In this document: positions 46,849-56,449 of the stretch, one piece after another | How the letters are laid out: every line of letters begins with the position of its first letter | Numbering within the stretch: position 1 is the stretch's first letter | Assembly: GCA_963707075.1 (NCBI GenBank) | Contig: CAVPOX010000033.1 | Location: forward strand, 17,301 to 81,300 | Direction of reading: 5' to 3' | Length of the DNA: 64,000 bases | Source of the DNA: an uncultured Acidobacteriota bacterium | GTDB lineage: Bacteria > Acidobacteriota > Thermoanaerobaculia > Multivoradales > JAHEKO01 | Made by a program: the position numbers and the translations under genes | The notes under the pieces: model-generated | Told to the model about the DNA's origin: nothing | Databases searched by the model: none | The model's input: the letters and a program-made list of their open reading frames with translations, nothing else

Positions 46849-49699
46849 GCTGCTCCGGTTGACCCTGGCGGGCCTTATCTTGCTGATCTTGTCGGCAGCC
46901 ACCGACGTCGACCAAACGGGAGAGATCGTCCGCTGCCCGGCCGTTCGCGATGTATGGCTGTCCGCCATGGATGGTGAGACCGACTTCAACATGGGAGGGT
47001 CCAGGACTCTGAAGCTGAAGCTCTGGCAGGAATTCGCCCTGGTGGACTTCGATGTCTCTCGCATTCTCGGCCATGCCGTCCACAAAGCGACCCTGTACAT
47101 CAAACCGGAGGGAGGCCACCGACTGGGACTCAATGGAGGCAGTGACCTGCGGTGGCTTACCGTTTCAACGGTGACGCACGACTGGGCCGAGGGCCGATCC
47201 CGAGACTATGGCACCGATCGTCGTGGGCTGGGAGCCACCTTCAACGAGTCCTCCTATCGCACCGCCACCTGGGGTTGGAAGGGCGCGCGCGCCTGGGATG
47301 TCATCCTGGGAAACGGCAATAGCATGCGATATGACGGCGCGCTGGAACCCGCTGGCAACGGCTGGCTGCAGATGGAGGTAGACCCTCGTCTGGTCGAATC
47401 GCTGGTGGCGGGCACCTCGCACGGATTGGCCTTGATGGATGGCTCCACCGCGGTCTTCGTCAACTCACTCATCGGCAGCCGAGAATCGGAGCAAGGTCCC
47501 TATCTCGAGGTCGAGATCGGACCTGCCGACGCGACGCCTCCAGCACCACCTGCCAGTATCCGGATCGAGCCACATCCGTCGATGGCTACCGAGACCACCG
47601 GTGCTTGCTGGATCTCCATGCAGGTGTCGCCCGAGACGTTCGCGATCGATCTGCAGATTGACGACATGCCGCTGGACCGCTGGCAGATTCCTCACCCGAT
47701 GCACCCCGAAGGGCTCTTGTCGTTTCCCATTGTCGACCTGCAACCCGATGCGCAGCTTCGATTCGATGTTGCGGCCATCGACGCTGCCGGCAACCGCTCG
47801 GCCTGGTCTGAAATCGACTGCAGGTCCAGTCCAGCTGCGATCGTGCCCCGGCTGTCGATCTCTTCTTCAAAGCCCCGACACGAGAAGCCTCAGAGCGCAG
47901 AGCCCCCTCGCATCTGGGCCCTCCCCGCAGTCAGCAAGCTCGATCCCGTGAGCCACCGGCTGATCGACGAACCCACTCCCCGCGACCTGGCATTCCACAA
48001 CACGGTCTGGAACGGCGAGGAGGGAACCGTGTCCCTGATCGCGGCCAGGGGTGAGCTCGTCAGCTTCCAGTTGGTCATCCAGGAAACGGCCAACCACTGC
48101 GAGATGGAGATGTCGGACTTGCTCGGTCCAGCGACTCTCCCTCGCCAGGAAAGCAGGCTGTGGCGCAACTGGCAAGTCGACGGGATGCCCGAGCTGGCGG
48201 TGCCCATCACCGGCCAGTTCGATCTCCCCTTCTCGGACAATGCGTTGCCGAGTCAGCAATCCCAGTCGTTCACCATTGACTTCCACATTCCTCCGGACAG
48301 CCCTCCCGGCAACTACTCAGGCACTCTCACTCTGCGTTGTCGGTCCCGCAAGCCGGGAAAAGTCGATCTCGACATCCAGGTTTTCGACGCTGTCATTCCG
48401 GACCAGGTCCATTTCAACATCGAGCTCAACACCTACCGTGGACCGGGGACCGCAGGGAGCCGGCGGTTCGTAGCCAGCCAGCGCCTTGCCCACTACCATC
48501 GAGCCACGATCAATCGCGTGCCATACTCACAAAAGGGACGCGTGCACGAGGATTGGATCCCACGGGTTGCCAAGGATGGACGGGTGATCTCCTGGGATCA
48601 ATTCGACCGCAATCTGGGCGGCATGCTCGATGGATCCTGGTTTGTCGAGAACCCTCGAGGCGAGACACCCGTCACCGTGCTCTACCTACCCCTCTTCGAG
48701 GGCTGGCCCACCGACTTCCGGTCAGTCTACGACCCAGGAATCCTCGTGCCGGAGAATGCCGCGGATTCTCTGGCACGGTTGAAACACGATGTCCTGGCAA
48801 GGCCGATCGAAGACTCCCTGCCTGATCGATATGGCCGCGCTTTCATGACCCTGCTTCAGGATTTCGCCCAGCATGCCGCCGACAAGAACTGGAATCGCAC
48901 GGTCTTTCAGGTCTACCTGAACAACAAGCCGAAGTACGGCTACAGCCTGTGGTCCTTCGACGAGCCCTTCCAGCTTCTCGACTGGCGAGCCCTGAACTAC
49001 TTCGCCCAGCTGACTCGTGACGCCCTCGGAGGCCAGACGCCGGAAACCCCTGGTGCCCAGGCCGAGATTCTCGGCGCAGGCGGCCCATCTTCGGCTCCGA
49101 GCATCGTGTTTCGGGCCGATGTCTCACGCCCCATGTGGCAAGGAAGCGTCGCCGATGGCCTGGTCGAGGCTCTCTATCTGAGTGATCAGGCCTATGAGGT
49201 TCCCCGGCTGATTCGGCAACTCAAGGACCGCATGCCGGCAACCCTCTACAACTACGGTCATACCAACGCTATCGAGGAGAGCAACTGGCGATCCGTCGCC
49301 TGGTGTCTTGACGCCTATCTCCACGAATTCGATGGTGTCCTCCCCTGGCAATCGGTCCACGGTGCAGGCGCCATGACCCAACAGGTCCAGACTGCCCTGA
49401 TCGTGGAAGGAGGGGACTACGGGCCCGCGATTGCCTCGCTGCGCGTTCATGCCTTGAGAGAAGGCGCCCAACTCGTCGAGCTCATGCGCCTACTGCAAGA
49501 ATCACGCAACTGGTCCAGAGCCCAGATGGCTTCGCTCGTTCATCAGCTCATTCCATCGGACCCAGAGATCGGTCGAAAGGGGCCTCCCAAAACGCCAATG
49601 GCTTCAGCCACCGAGCTGTCATCGCAGGACTTCTTCGACCTGAAGCTCGGCCTCTTGAGGATGCTCGAGCAAGGTACTGCGCCGAGGCCGAGCCCCTAA
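46820..49699 (+). CDS. large signal-anchored extracytoplasmic protein (DNRLRE-like N-terminal domain; glycoside-hydrolase-like C-terminal region suspected)
   Basis: The ATG at 46820 (MQWSRRKPPELLRLTLAGLILLILSAA) provides a signal anchor. The segment VRDVWLSAMDGETDFNMGGSRTLKLKLWQEFALVDFDVSRILGHAVHKATLYI has the logic of DNRLRE-type domains. The distal region (WNRTVFQVYLNNKPKYGYSLWSFDEP) is reminiscent of DUF4091-type proteins. The upstream 67 codons of ORF 46619..49699 overlap the GT4 gene out of frame. Confidence 0.65.
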   Translation: MQWSRRKPPELLRLTLAGLILLILSAATDVDQTGEIVRCPAVRDVWLSAMDGETDFNMGGSRTLKLKLWQEFALVDFDVSRILGHAVHKATLYIKPEGGHRLGLNGGSDLRWLTVSTVTHDWAEGRSRDYGTDRRGLGATFNESSYRTATWGWKGARAWDVILGNGNSMRYDGALEPAGNGWLQMEVDPRLVESLVAGTSHGLALMDGSTAVFVNSLIGSRESEQGPYLEVEIGPADATPPAPPASIRIEPHPSMATETTGACWISMQVSPETFAIDLQIDDMPLDRWQIPHPMHPEGLLSFPIVDLQPDAQLRFDVAAIDAAGNRSAWSEIDCRSSPAAIVPRLSISSSKPRHEKPQSAEPPRIWALPAVSKLDPVSHRLIDEPTPRDLAFHNTVWNGEEGTVSLIAARGELVSFQLVIQETANHCEMEMSDLLGPATLPRQESRLWRNWQVDGMPELAVPITGQFDLPFSDNALPSQQSQSFTIDFHIPPDSPPGNYSGTLTLRCRSRKPGKVDLDIQVFDAVIPDQVHFNIELNTYRGPGTAGSRRFVASQRLAHYHRATINRVPYSQKGRVHEDWIPRVAKDGRVISWDQFDRNLGGMLDGSWFVENPRGETPVTVLYLPLFEGWPTDFRSVYDPGILVPENAADSLARLKHDVLARPIEDSLPDRYGRAFMTLLQDFAQHAADKNWNRTVFQVYLNNKPKYGYSLWSFDEPFQLLDWRALNYFAQLTRDALGGQTPETPGAQAEILGAGGPSSAPSIVFRADVSRPMWQGSVADGLVEALYLSDQAYEVPRLIRQLKDRMPATLYNYGHTNAIEESNWRSVAWCLDAYLHEFDGVLPWQSVHGAGAMTQQVQTALIVEGGDYGPAIASLRVHALREGAQLVELMRLLQESRNWSRAQMASLVHQLIPSDPEIGRKGPPKTPMASATELSSQDFFDLKLGLLRMLEQGTAPRPSP

Positions 49700-51528
49700 C
49701 TTTCCGCAGTCTCTGGATGGTCGACCAGGAAGGACCCGATCGCGAGGCCGTCCAGGTGGCCCTTGAGAAAGGCGCGAATCGCATCCTCGGGCGTACAGAC
49801 GATGGGCTCTTCGTGCATATTGAAGCTGGTGTTGATCAGCGTCGGGATGCCAGAGAGCTTTTCGTACTCTTCGACGATGGCGTAGTACTCGGGGCTGACC
49901 TCCTTGCGGACCAGCTGTGGTCGCGCCGTGTCATCGACGTGCACTGCCGCCGGGCAGGTCTTGACCATCCAATCGGTACAGTCGAAGGTGATGGTCATGA
50001 ACTCCGCAGCGTGCTCGGCCCCACCACAGTTCTCATAGCATCTGTGCCGGGCTTCCCACAGCGTCACCGGGGCGAAGGGCATGAACTCCGTTCTTCCCAG
50101 ACGCTGGTTGAGCCAGTGGTTCACTTCCGGCTCACGTGCGTGATACAGGATGGAGCGATTGCCCAGGGCTCGGGGCCCGTACTCCATGCGACCCGAGAAC
50201 CGGGCGATGACCTTGCCATCATGCACCCTCGAGGCGACCTCGGCGGCCAGATACTCGGGCTTCTCGAACTGCAATCCCTCCTCGTTCAGCTTCTGCGCAA
50301 TCTCCTCATCGGAATAGGAGGGCCCGAGAAAAGCATGCTCGAGGGGCTCGCCTGGACCACCCTGCCAGGATTTGAACAAGGCGGATCCAGTGCCGCACCC
50401 GCCATCTCCCATATTGGGGTAGACAAACGTCTTCTCCACGCCTTCGGCTTCGTGAATTCGCTGGTTCATCTTGACATTGGCTGTCACCCCTCCGGAGAGG
50501 ACCACCGAATCACAACCGGTCTCCTTGACCCAGTGGGCCACCAACCCGGCCGCAACCACCTCGAGGACATGCTGATACGCGGCTGCCACATCGACCATCG
50601 GGAATTCGGCGGCGAGATGCCGTGAGAAGTAGACGTTCAGGTTCTCGCGAATCCGGTAGGTCGATGGATCCGACAGATCGAAACGGCTGAGTAGCACATC
50701 TCCCAGCACTTGCGGATCCCCATAGGCGGCCAGCCCCACGATCTTGCCCCCATGGCGGGTCGGGTTGAAGCCCAGGGACGAGGTTACCGTCTCGTAGTAG
50801 GTGCCCAGCGAGAAGGGGAAGTGCAGATCATGCAGCCGCCGGATCTTGCCGCCCTCCCCCAGGCTGATCGAACCTGCCAGACCGCTGCCGTATCCATCGA
50901 GGGTCACGATCAAGGCTCGATCGAAGCCACTGGTCAGGTACGAGTTGGCGGCGTGCGACAGGTGATGCTCATGCCGCTCGAGTTTCTCACTCAGGCCCCA
51001 TTCCAGCAGGTACCGATCCAGTTCCTCATTCCAATGCCGATGATCGGCGGCAGCCTGGTCCGCCCAGGCTTTGGAAGCTCGACGACTGAAGGCTGCCGAG
51101 CTGATCGGCGAGATGCCTGCCATCCTGTAGAAGTTCTCCTTGGCCGAGCCCTTGGGCATCCGCTGGTTCGGATCGGTCAGACCATGGATCTCGGCCTGGC
51201 GCTCGGGAACTCGCCGCTTCGCTTCTTCCAGGTGCCCGTTGAGGTCGAAGAGCCCGAAAGACTTGTGCGCCAGCCTCTCTTGTTCGAATCCACGGCGAAT
51301 CAGTTCGACCTCTCGTCGCCATTCGAAGAACGGATAGACGACCGCGTCGATCTCATCGACACTCGTATGGGTGTAAGCGAGGGCCGACTGCAGGGCCTGA
51401 AGGGGAAAACCAGCATGTTGCTTCTGACGGCTGTATCTCTCTTCCGCGGCCGCGAAGAGGATCTTCCCATCCTCGACCAACGAAACAGTTGCGTCCTTGT
51501 CCAGCGGTGAGATTCCAAGTACTTTCAT
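49696..51528 (-). CDS. carbamoyltransferase (NodU/CmcH family)
   Basis: MKVLGISPLDKDATVSLVEDGKILFAAAEERYSRQKQHAGFP, a typical N-terminus for the family. 610 aa, collinear with NodU-type O-carbamoyltransferases. Confidence 0.92.
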   Translation of the reverse strand: MKVLGISPLDKDATVSLVEDGKILFAAAEERYSRQKQHAGFPLQALQSALAYTHTSVDEIDAVVYPFFEWRREVELIRRGFEQERLAHKSFGLFDLNGHLEEAKRRVPERQAEIHGLTDPNQRMPKGSAKENFYRMAGISPISSAAFSRRASKAWADQAAADHRHWNEELDRYLLEWGLSEKLERHEHHLSHAANSYLTSGFDRALIVTLDGYGSGLAGSISLGEGGKIRRLHDLHFPFSLGTYYETVTSSLGFNPTRHGGKIVGLAAYGDPQVLGDVLLSRFDLSDPSTYRIRENLNVYFSRHLAAEFPMVDVAAAYQHVLEVVAAGLVAHWVKETGCDSVVLSGGVTANVKMNQRIHEAEGVEKTFVYPNMGDGGCGTGSALFKSWQGGPGEPLEHAFLGPSYSDEEIAQKLNEEGLQFEKPEYLAAEVASRVHDGKVIARFSGRMEYGPRALGNRSILYHAREPEVNHWLNQRLGRTEFMPFAPVTLWEARHRCYENCGGAEHAAEFMTITFDCTDWMVKTCPAAVHVDDTARPQLVRKEVSPEYYAIVEEYEKLSGIPTLINTSFNMHEEPIVCTPEDAIRAFLKGHLDGLAIGSFLVDHPETAES

Positions 51529-52544
51529 GGTTTAGTTCGACCTTCCAATGTCAGTAGTTCTTCGCGGTACTCGAGGGGGGTTACCGATCGGCCTCCCACG
51601 GTCCCAAGGAAATAGTCCAGATAGTCTCGCAAGATTCCGAGAAACCTGTCGAGTTGTATCGAATCCCGAACATAAGGGGTGAACCCGGGCTCGACCGACG
51701 GTGAATGGAAGCTGAGAGTGAATGTCCGTACTCCGTCGCGCAGCAGGGCTTCGGTCAGCTGGCGCATCTCCGGGAAGCTGAAACCCTCCGGTGACAGGCG
51801 AAGTCGAGCAAAAAGACCCAGCCGCGACAAGATACCCGGCACATGGAGCTTCTCGAGAAAGGGCTGTGTGGAGAGATCCTGCAGGGATGATCCCAGACCA
51901 CGACCCAGGCCGACAAATCCGTTAGTGGTCGGAATACCCAGCAGATCTCTTTGCCGTCCGAACCAAAAGGGCCGGCAACTGAACCCGGTGAAGTCCGGTC
52001 CCTTCTCGGACCGAAAATCGAAGGCGGGACAAGCACTGAGATCGACCAGGAAGCCCTGACTCTCCAGAGTCTCGGCAGTGTTGGGGCCCAGGCCGTACCG
52101 GCCGGCCTTGTAGACACGCGGCCTCGAGCCAAAGCTCTCCTCCAGCTTGTCACTCAGATTCGTGAGCTTCGCCGCTTCCAAATCACGCGGCAGATTGCCG
52201 GCAAAGGAGTTGGCTCGATTGACCTGTTCGCTGCGTGGCGGGTTGACCCAAGGGTGCAGATGGGCTCCCACAACAGCCTTACCTTCATCAACATAGCTCT
52301 TCAGGAGCTCGAATCCTGTTCTTTGCGCTGCCACCGGGTAGTCGACAACGTAGGTGGGGCACACTCCCGCCTGCTCGAAGATCTCCTGGGCCCGTCCGAT
52401 ATGCCGCATGGCCTCGACCGTGGTGGCCGCCGGATCGAAGTCCGCATCCCAATCGAACTCTTCCTCGGTATCGACGACAGCCAGCAAAACTGGCGACGTC
52501 TCGGCGGGCACGCGGATTTCGCTTCGTTCTTCCTGCAACAGCAT
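51525..52544 (-). CDS. WalW-like polysaccharide-deacetylase-fold protein
   Basis: LLAVVDTEEEFDWDADFD ... PTYVVDYPV ... GAHLHPW, as in the WalW-type deacetylase-like family. Its stop overlaps the carbamoyltransferase start (ATGA). Confidence 0.6.
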   Translation of the reverse strand: MLLQEERSEIRVPAETSPVLLAVVDTEEEFDWDADFDPAATTVEAMRHIGRAQEIFEQAGVCPTYVVDYPVAAQRTGFELLKSYVDEGKAVVGAHLHPWVNPPRSEQVNRANSFAGNLPRDLEAAKLTNLSDKLEESFGSRPRVYKAGRYGLGPNTAETLESQGFLVDLSACPAFDFRSEKGPDFTGFSCRPFWFGRQRDLLGIPTTNGFVGLGRGLGSSLQDLSTQPFLEKLHVPGILSRLGLFARLRLSPEGFSFPEMRQLTEALLRDGVRTFTLSFHSPSVEPGFTPYVRDSIQLDRFLGILRDYLDYFLGTVGGRSVTPLEYREELLTLEGRTKP

Positions 52545-52564
52545 AGGCGTTGGAGTGTAGTCTT

Positions 52565-54046
52565 TCAGCCTTGGGGTTGGGAATCCCGCCCGGGTCTCAG
52601 CGCGCCCAGAATGGCGCCCAGCTGACCTGAACGAATCAAGGGAAGCGCCAGGATCGAGGCCCAGGCCAACGTGGCAACGAGCCGTGCGACGGCTGCAATG
52701 GAAGGGCTCTCAGACCAGGGAAACCACCTGGCCAGCGCCAGATACGACATCATCAGACCGAAAAGAACCAAAAAAGAGTGACCGAACGAGTAGGGGTAAC
52801 GATCGATACGGCGATAGACCGCGAGACCGGCAAACGAGAGCGTCATGAAGGTCAGAACACTCGCCCAAGCCGCACCAGCTGTTCCGACTCGCGGAATAAG
52901 CAAGAAGTTCAACCCCAGGTTGACCAACACGGCCACTACCGAGGGAAGTATGAGCCGGGGCGTCTTGTTGGCCAGCAACGCTGGAGTGTTGAAATGTACG
53001 TTGAGGCTGAAGAAAAGGTAGGCCAGGCAGACAATGGGAATGAGCCTTGCAGCTGCATAGAACTGCTCTGCCACCAGCAGACGCAGAATTGGATCAGCGA
53101 ATGCTGAGACTGCAAATAGGGTCAAAGCCAGAAAATCGAAGAAGTACCGAAAAACCGTCACGAATATTCCCTTGGCATTCTCCTCGTCTTCCAATTCGAA
53201 GATGACTACTCGCCATATTTGGGTAAAGGGCAGAAGCACCAGCGTATTGACCGCCTGGCCGATGCTGTAGGCGACGCTGTAGAGACCTACCTGGTCCAGG
53301 TCAAGAAGAACCCTCAACAGGTAGCGGTCGCCCCGGTGCATTACCAGAGCCAACAAACCGGTCACCACAAGGGGGCCGCCGAACTTGGCCAACGGTCCAA
53401 GGAATCTCGAATCGAATGACGGGGCAGCGCGTTTGCGCACGAACAAGATCAGTAACAAGGACACCGCCGCGATTCCTGTCAAGAGATTGCCCCAGAGTAT
53501 TCCGGAAACTCCCATATCGAAATGAATGAGAAAGATCAGATTCAGGGCAATGTTTACTGCGAGCCTGACCAGATTGATGGCCACGAGCAACGTCGATCGT
53601 TTGTCAACTCGAAGATGGACTGTGAGCAACTGCTCCAACACACGAGTACAGAAGGTACCGGTGGCGAGTAACACGAACAACGAAGCCCGATCAATACCAG
53701 GCCCGAGAAGAGCCTGCGCGAGGGGCTCGCGAAAAAGTACGATCGGCGCGGCCAGAGCGAGAGCCAGCAAAGACAACGTGGCCAGGCCCGTCCACCAGAG
53801 CTTGTTTCTTTCCGGCCCCTCTTCGGTGCGAAAATGGAACCGCTGAACGGCATTAGCCAGTCCCACACCGACGAAAATCCCCAAGATGCCTGCCGCCAAG
53901 TCGAGAATGGCGATCACACCATAATCGGCAGGCATCAGGTATCGGGTGTAGATGGGAAGCAGGATGACCGACGCGAGTCGACTGAGAACCTGCCCGACGC
54001 CGTAGACAGCGGAATGACGGATGAGATCCGTGTAGGAGGCCTTCAC
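52565..54046 (-). CDS. Wzx-type oligosaccharide flippase (second copy)
   Basis: 493 aa, hydrophobic throughout. The N-terminus (SAVYGVGQVLSRLASVILLPIYTRYL) is typical of MOP-family polysaccharide flippases. Confidence 0.85.
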   Translation of the reverse strand: MKASYTDLIRHSAVYGVGQVLSRLASVILLPIYTRYLMPADYGVIAILDLAAGILGIFVGVGLANAVQRFHFRTEEGPERNKLWWTGLATLSLLALALAAPIVLFREPLAQALLGPGIDRASLFVLLATGTFCTRVLEQLLTVHLRVDKRSTLLVAINLVRLAVNIALNLIFLIHFDMGVSGILWGNLLTGIAAVSLLLILFVRKRAAPSFDSRFLGPLAKFGGPLVVTGLLALVMHRGDRYLLRVLLDLDQVGLYSVAYSIGQAVNTLVLLPFTQIWRVVIFELEDEENAKGIFVTVFRYFFDFLALTLFAVSAFADPILRLLVAEQFYAAARLIPIVCLAYLFFSLNVHFNTPALLANKTPRLILPSVVAVLVNLGLNFLLIPRVGTAGAAWASVLTFMTLSFAGLAVYRRIDRYPYSFGHSFLVLFGLMMSYLALARWFPWSESPSIAAVARLVATLAWASILALPLIRSGQLGAILGALRPGRDSQPQG

Positions 54047-54055
54047 GGGGTGGTC

Positions 54056-55105
54056 CTAGTTCGCGAGATGCTTTCGAACCCACGGGCCTAGATGATTGGC
54101 CAGTGGTTGTGGCAACCGGCTCCACATTTGGGCAAGTCTCTGGTTGCGTCGCGGGTCCAGCCCGAAGCTTTCCGTTACCCGTCCCTCGCTATCGAAGGAG
54201 GACCACACCAGCGGCACCGGTTCTGCATTCCACTGTTTCTTGAAACGGTAGGTGCCGGTTCCTTCGCTCGACCGCCCAAAATCGAACACGGTCCCCGACT
54301 CCTGAACCGTATCCTGAAGTATCTGCCAATACAGTGAGTGATTAGGACAGGACGATCTGGCCGATCGCAGAGACGACGCCCATGGCACTGTTGTTGTGGC
54401 TCCCGATCGGATTGCGATGCCACCCGCTACCGCCTTACCACTCTGGTCCCTGGTTATATAGACCCGCGCAAGGTCCCCGAACTCTTCGAGGATCGCCACG
54501 AACAAACGAATAGAATGGACTGGTGAGCCCAGGTCCTTCATGTTACTTGCAAAGATTCTGTAGAAAACCTCTAGGCCGCCAGAGTCTTCCTTGGCCGTTA
54601 CCAGCCCGGACTTCTCCGACTTGCGAATCTGGTTTCTCACTTTGCCACCAATCCTGGACCAGAGCTGCTCGGTATCGTTCGGTAGAGCCAGAAGGAAGCG
54701 AAATCGCTGACTCGAGTCAGTGGTTTCAGCGCCCCGAACGGACAGACCACCACGCAAGTCGATTCCCTCTGCAACGAGTTCTCCAGCCAATTGCTGCGCC
54801 ACCTTGAGAAGTTCAGCTGCCGTATCTTCATCCCGAGCCATCACGCCGCCCTGATCCAAGAAGGGTAGGGACACCAGCCTCTTACCCGCGAAGAGACCGG
54901 CGATAACAACCAGAGGCAGAATTCCGACAATTGCCCCATCGCGCTCCGCGAGCAGATACTCGCAACGCAGCCCGTAAGTCGACTCGAAGACAGGCTTCCA
55001 TGCGTAGCAATGACAGAGGTTACCCGGCTCCGTATCTTCGACAAAAGCATCCCATCGAGTCGAAATGCTGGACTCCGCACTTCTCACTGAGGGTCGATCC
55101 TTCAA
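54056..55105 (-). CDS. FemAB-related/GNAT-fold protein (as found in PEP-CTERM-type EPS loci)
   Basis: 349 aa. WDAFVEDTEPGNLCHCYAWKPVFESTYG ... LVSLPFLDQGG ... GTYRFKKQWNAEP resembles FemAB-family aminoacyl-transferases. Confidence 0.75.
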   Translation of the reverse strand: MKDRPSVRSAESSISTRWDAFVEDTEPGNLCHCYAWKPVFESTYGLRCEYLLAERDGAIVGILPLVVIAGLFAGKRLVSLPFLDQGGVMARDEDTAAELLKVAQQLAGELVAEGIDLRGGLSVRGAETTDSSQRFRFLLALPNDTEQLWSRIGGKVRNQIRKSEKSGLVTAKEDSGGLEVFYRIFASNMKDLGSPVHSIRLFVAILEEFGDLARVYITRDQSGKAVAGGIAIRSGATTTVPWASSLRSARSSCPNHSLYWQILQDTVQESGTVFDFGRSSEGTGTYRFKKQWNAEPVPLVWSSFDSEGRVTESFGLDPRRNQRLAQMWSRLPQPLANHLGPWVRKHLAN

Positions 55106-55119
55106 GGCAGAACCACTCG

Positions 55120-56361
55120 CTAGATTCCCTCGGAAGCAATTTTGCTCCAGCCCAAGGGGTGCCAGACAACGGCGGCACCCAGTCGAAAGTACTCGGCCGT
55201 GGCTTCCGCCTCGCCCTTGAGCTGGTCAGCCCAGGTGAGGTTGAGGTTCAAACCCACGTACTTCTGCACCTTCACGTTGACGGCTGCGCCCGCGGTCAAA
55301 GTCTGGGCAACGGAGACATCGGGATCGTTGGGATCACGATAGCCCATTCGCGAATAGACGGCCCATCCCCAGTTCCTGAAGTAGCTGTCCGTCAGACCTA
55401 TCTGAGCAAAGCTGACGACAGCTGTTCCGATTCGTGCGCCACCGACATTGGGCGCATGCCCCGCCAGGAGAACACCATTCATCCTTCGGAACTGACGGTT
55501 GATGCTCAGGCTTCCCTGCACACCCGACCGTGTCTGCTGCACGTCATCCACAAACTGACCTGTCTGCATCCTGAAACCGCCAATTCGCAGAGCAATGGAA
55601 GACTTTTCGATGACCTCCCTCTGGTAAACGAGCGATGCCGAAACTGCATCTTGTTGCCCACTTCGGTCGAGGTCGAACAATCGTGCACCTATGCTGAAGC
55701 CGAGTGCGGAACGGTCTGAGAAACTGCGATTGGCGCCGAAACTACCAGCAAATTCAGCTCGGTCCTCCGTATCAGGCAGAAGTTCTGAGCCATCTCCGAC
55801 CAGCTCATAAAACCGCCATCCGGACGCCCGGCCCACGACATTCGCCCCCCAACGTCTTCCCAACTGGCGACTGTAGCCGAGATCGACTGATGCCTGTTCT
55901 CGGGAGAGCTGTCTGAACGCGACAAGGTCGACTGTGTCGACACTGGTCGAATCCAACTGGTCTCTTCGTCGTCGGTAATTGGCACCCAGATTCAAGGACG
56001 ACCGCTGGCTGGGCTTCAAGGAAAGATCAAGCGACAAGCGGTGTCCGAGATAATCGAGGTCGTCGAACTCTTCAAATTTCTCGAAACTGGTTTGATAGAC
56101 AAATCGCAGTGAGCCCGTCTTCAGTTGGCGAGAAACAGGCAGTGCCAGGTTCAATCGCAAGCTCGAATCGTCCCGGGCCTCCTCACCAAAGTAGTTGACC
56201 CTGTTGCGGTAGTAGTAGGTCAAACCCAGCCGTGGATCGAACTTGGTTCGCTGCGCCTGCGCTGGCCCAGCTGCCAGGGGGATCCCAGCCAGAAGAATAA
56301 CGGTCAGAGACCAGCCACAGATCCTGACGAGCGAAAACTTTCTGACGCGTAAGTTTGACAT
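55120..56361 (-). CDS. outer-membrane beta-barrel protein candidate
   Basis: The start is at the ATG at 56361 (MSNLRVRKFSLVRICGWSLTVILLAGIPLAAGPAQAQ), giving a signal peptide. The body is rich in alternating Y/R/G/S/L strands (LGLTYYYRNRV, LRFVYQTSF, LNLGANYRRRRD). The upstream 114 aa of the 527-aa ORF run into the divergent wza-like gene. Confidence 0.6.
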   Translation of the reverse strand: MSNLRVRKFSLVRICGWSLTVILLAGIPLAAGPAQAQRTKFDPRLGLTYYYRNRVNYFGEEARDDSSLRLNLALPVSRQLKTGSLRFVYQTSFEKFEEFDDLDYLGHRLSLDLSLKPSQRSSLNLGANYRRRRDQLDSTSVDTVDLVAFRQLSREQASVDLGYSRQLGRRWGANVVGRASGWRFYELVGDGSELLPDTEDRAEFAGSFGANRSFSDRSALGFSIGARLFDLDRSGQQDAVSASLVYQREVIEKSSIALRIGGFRMQTGQFVDDVQQTRSGVQGSLSINRQFRRMNGVLLAGHAPNVGGARIGTAVVSFAQIGLTDSYFRNWGWAVYSRMGYRDPNDPDVSVAQTLTAGAAVNVKVQKYVGLNLNLTWADQLKGEAEATAEYFRLGAAVVWHPLGWSKIASEGI

Positions 56362-56449
56362 TTGAAGACCCGGTTGCTTGTGTCGAAGGGCGCGAGAGTC
56401 TAGCATACGCTGCGCACTTGGAATTTCCCATCGACCAAGAGGTTTACCA
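56362..56449. promoter_or_regulatory. divergent intergenic region between the OM-barrel operon and the Wza-like gene
   Basis: 88 bp between two divergent starts. A Shine-Dalgarno-like AAGAGG lies at 56437-56442, 7 nt before the ATG at 56450. No confident -35/-10 pair was found. Confidence 0.4.

Noticed and set aside
7104-49699. PEP-CTERM sorting tails (Pro-Glu-Pro, a TM helix, then an Arg-rich end) on the secreted proteins of the locus.
   Set aside because: None of the five secreted or anchored proteins ends this way. The beta-helix and FN3 proteins end in soluble motifs. The PcRGLX-like protein has a TM tail but no PEP motif or basic terminus.
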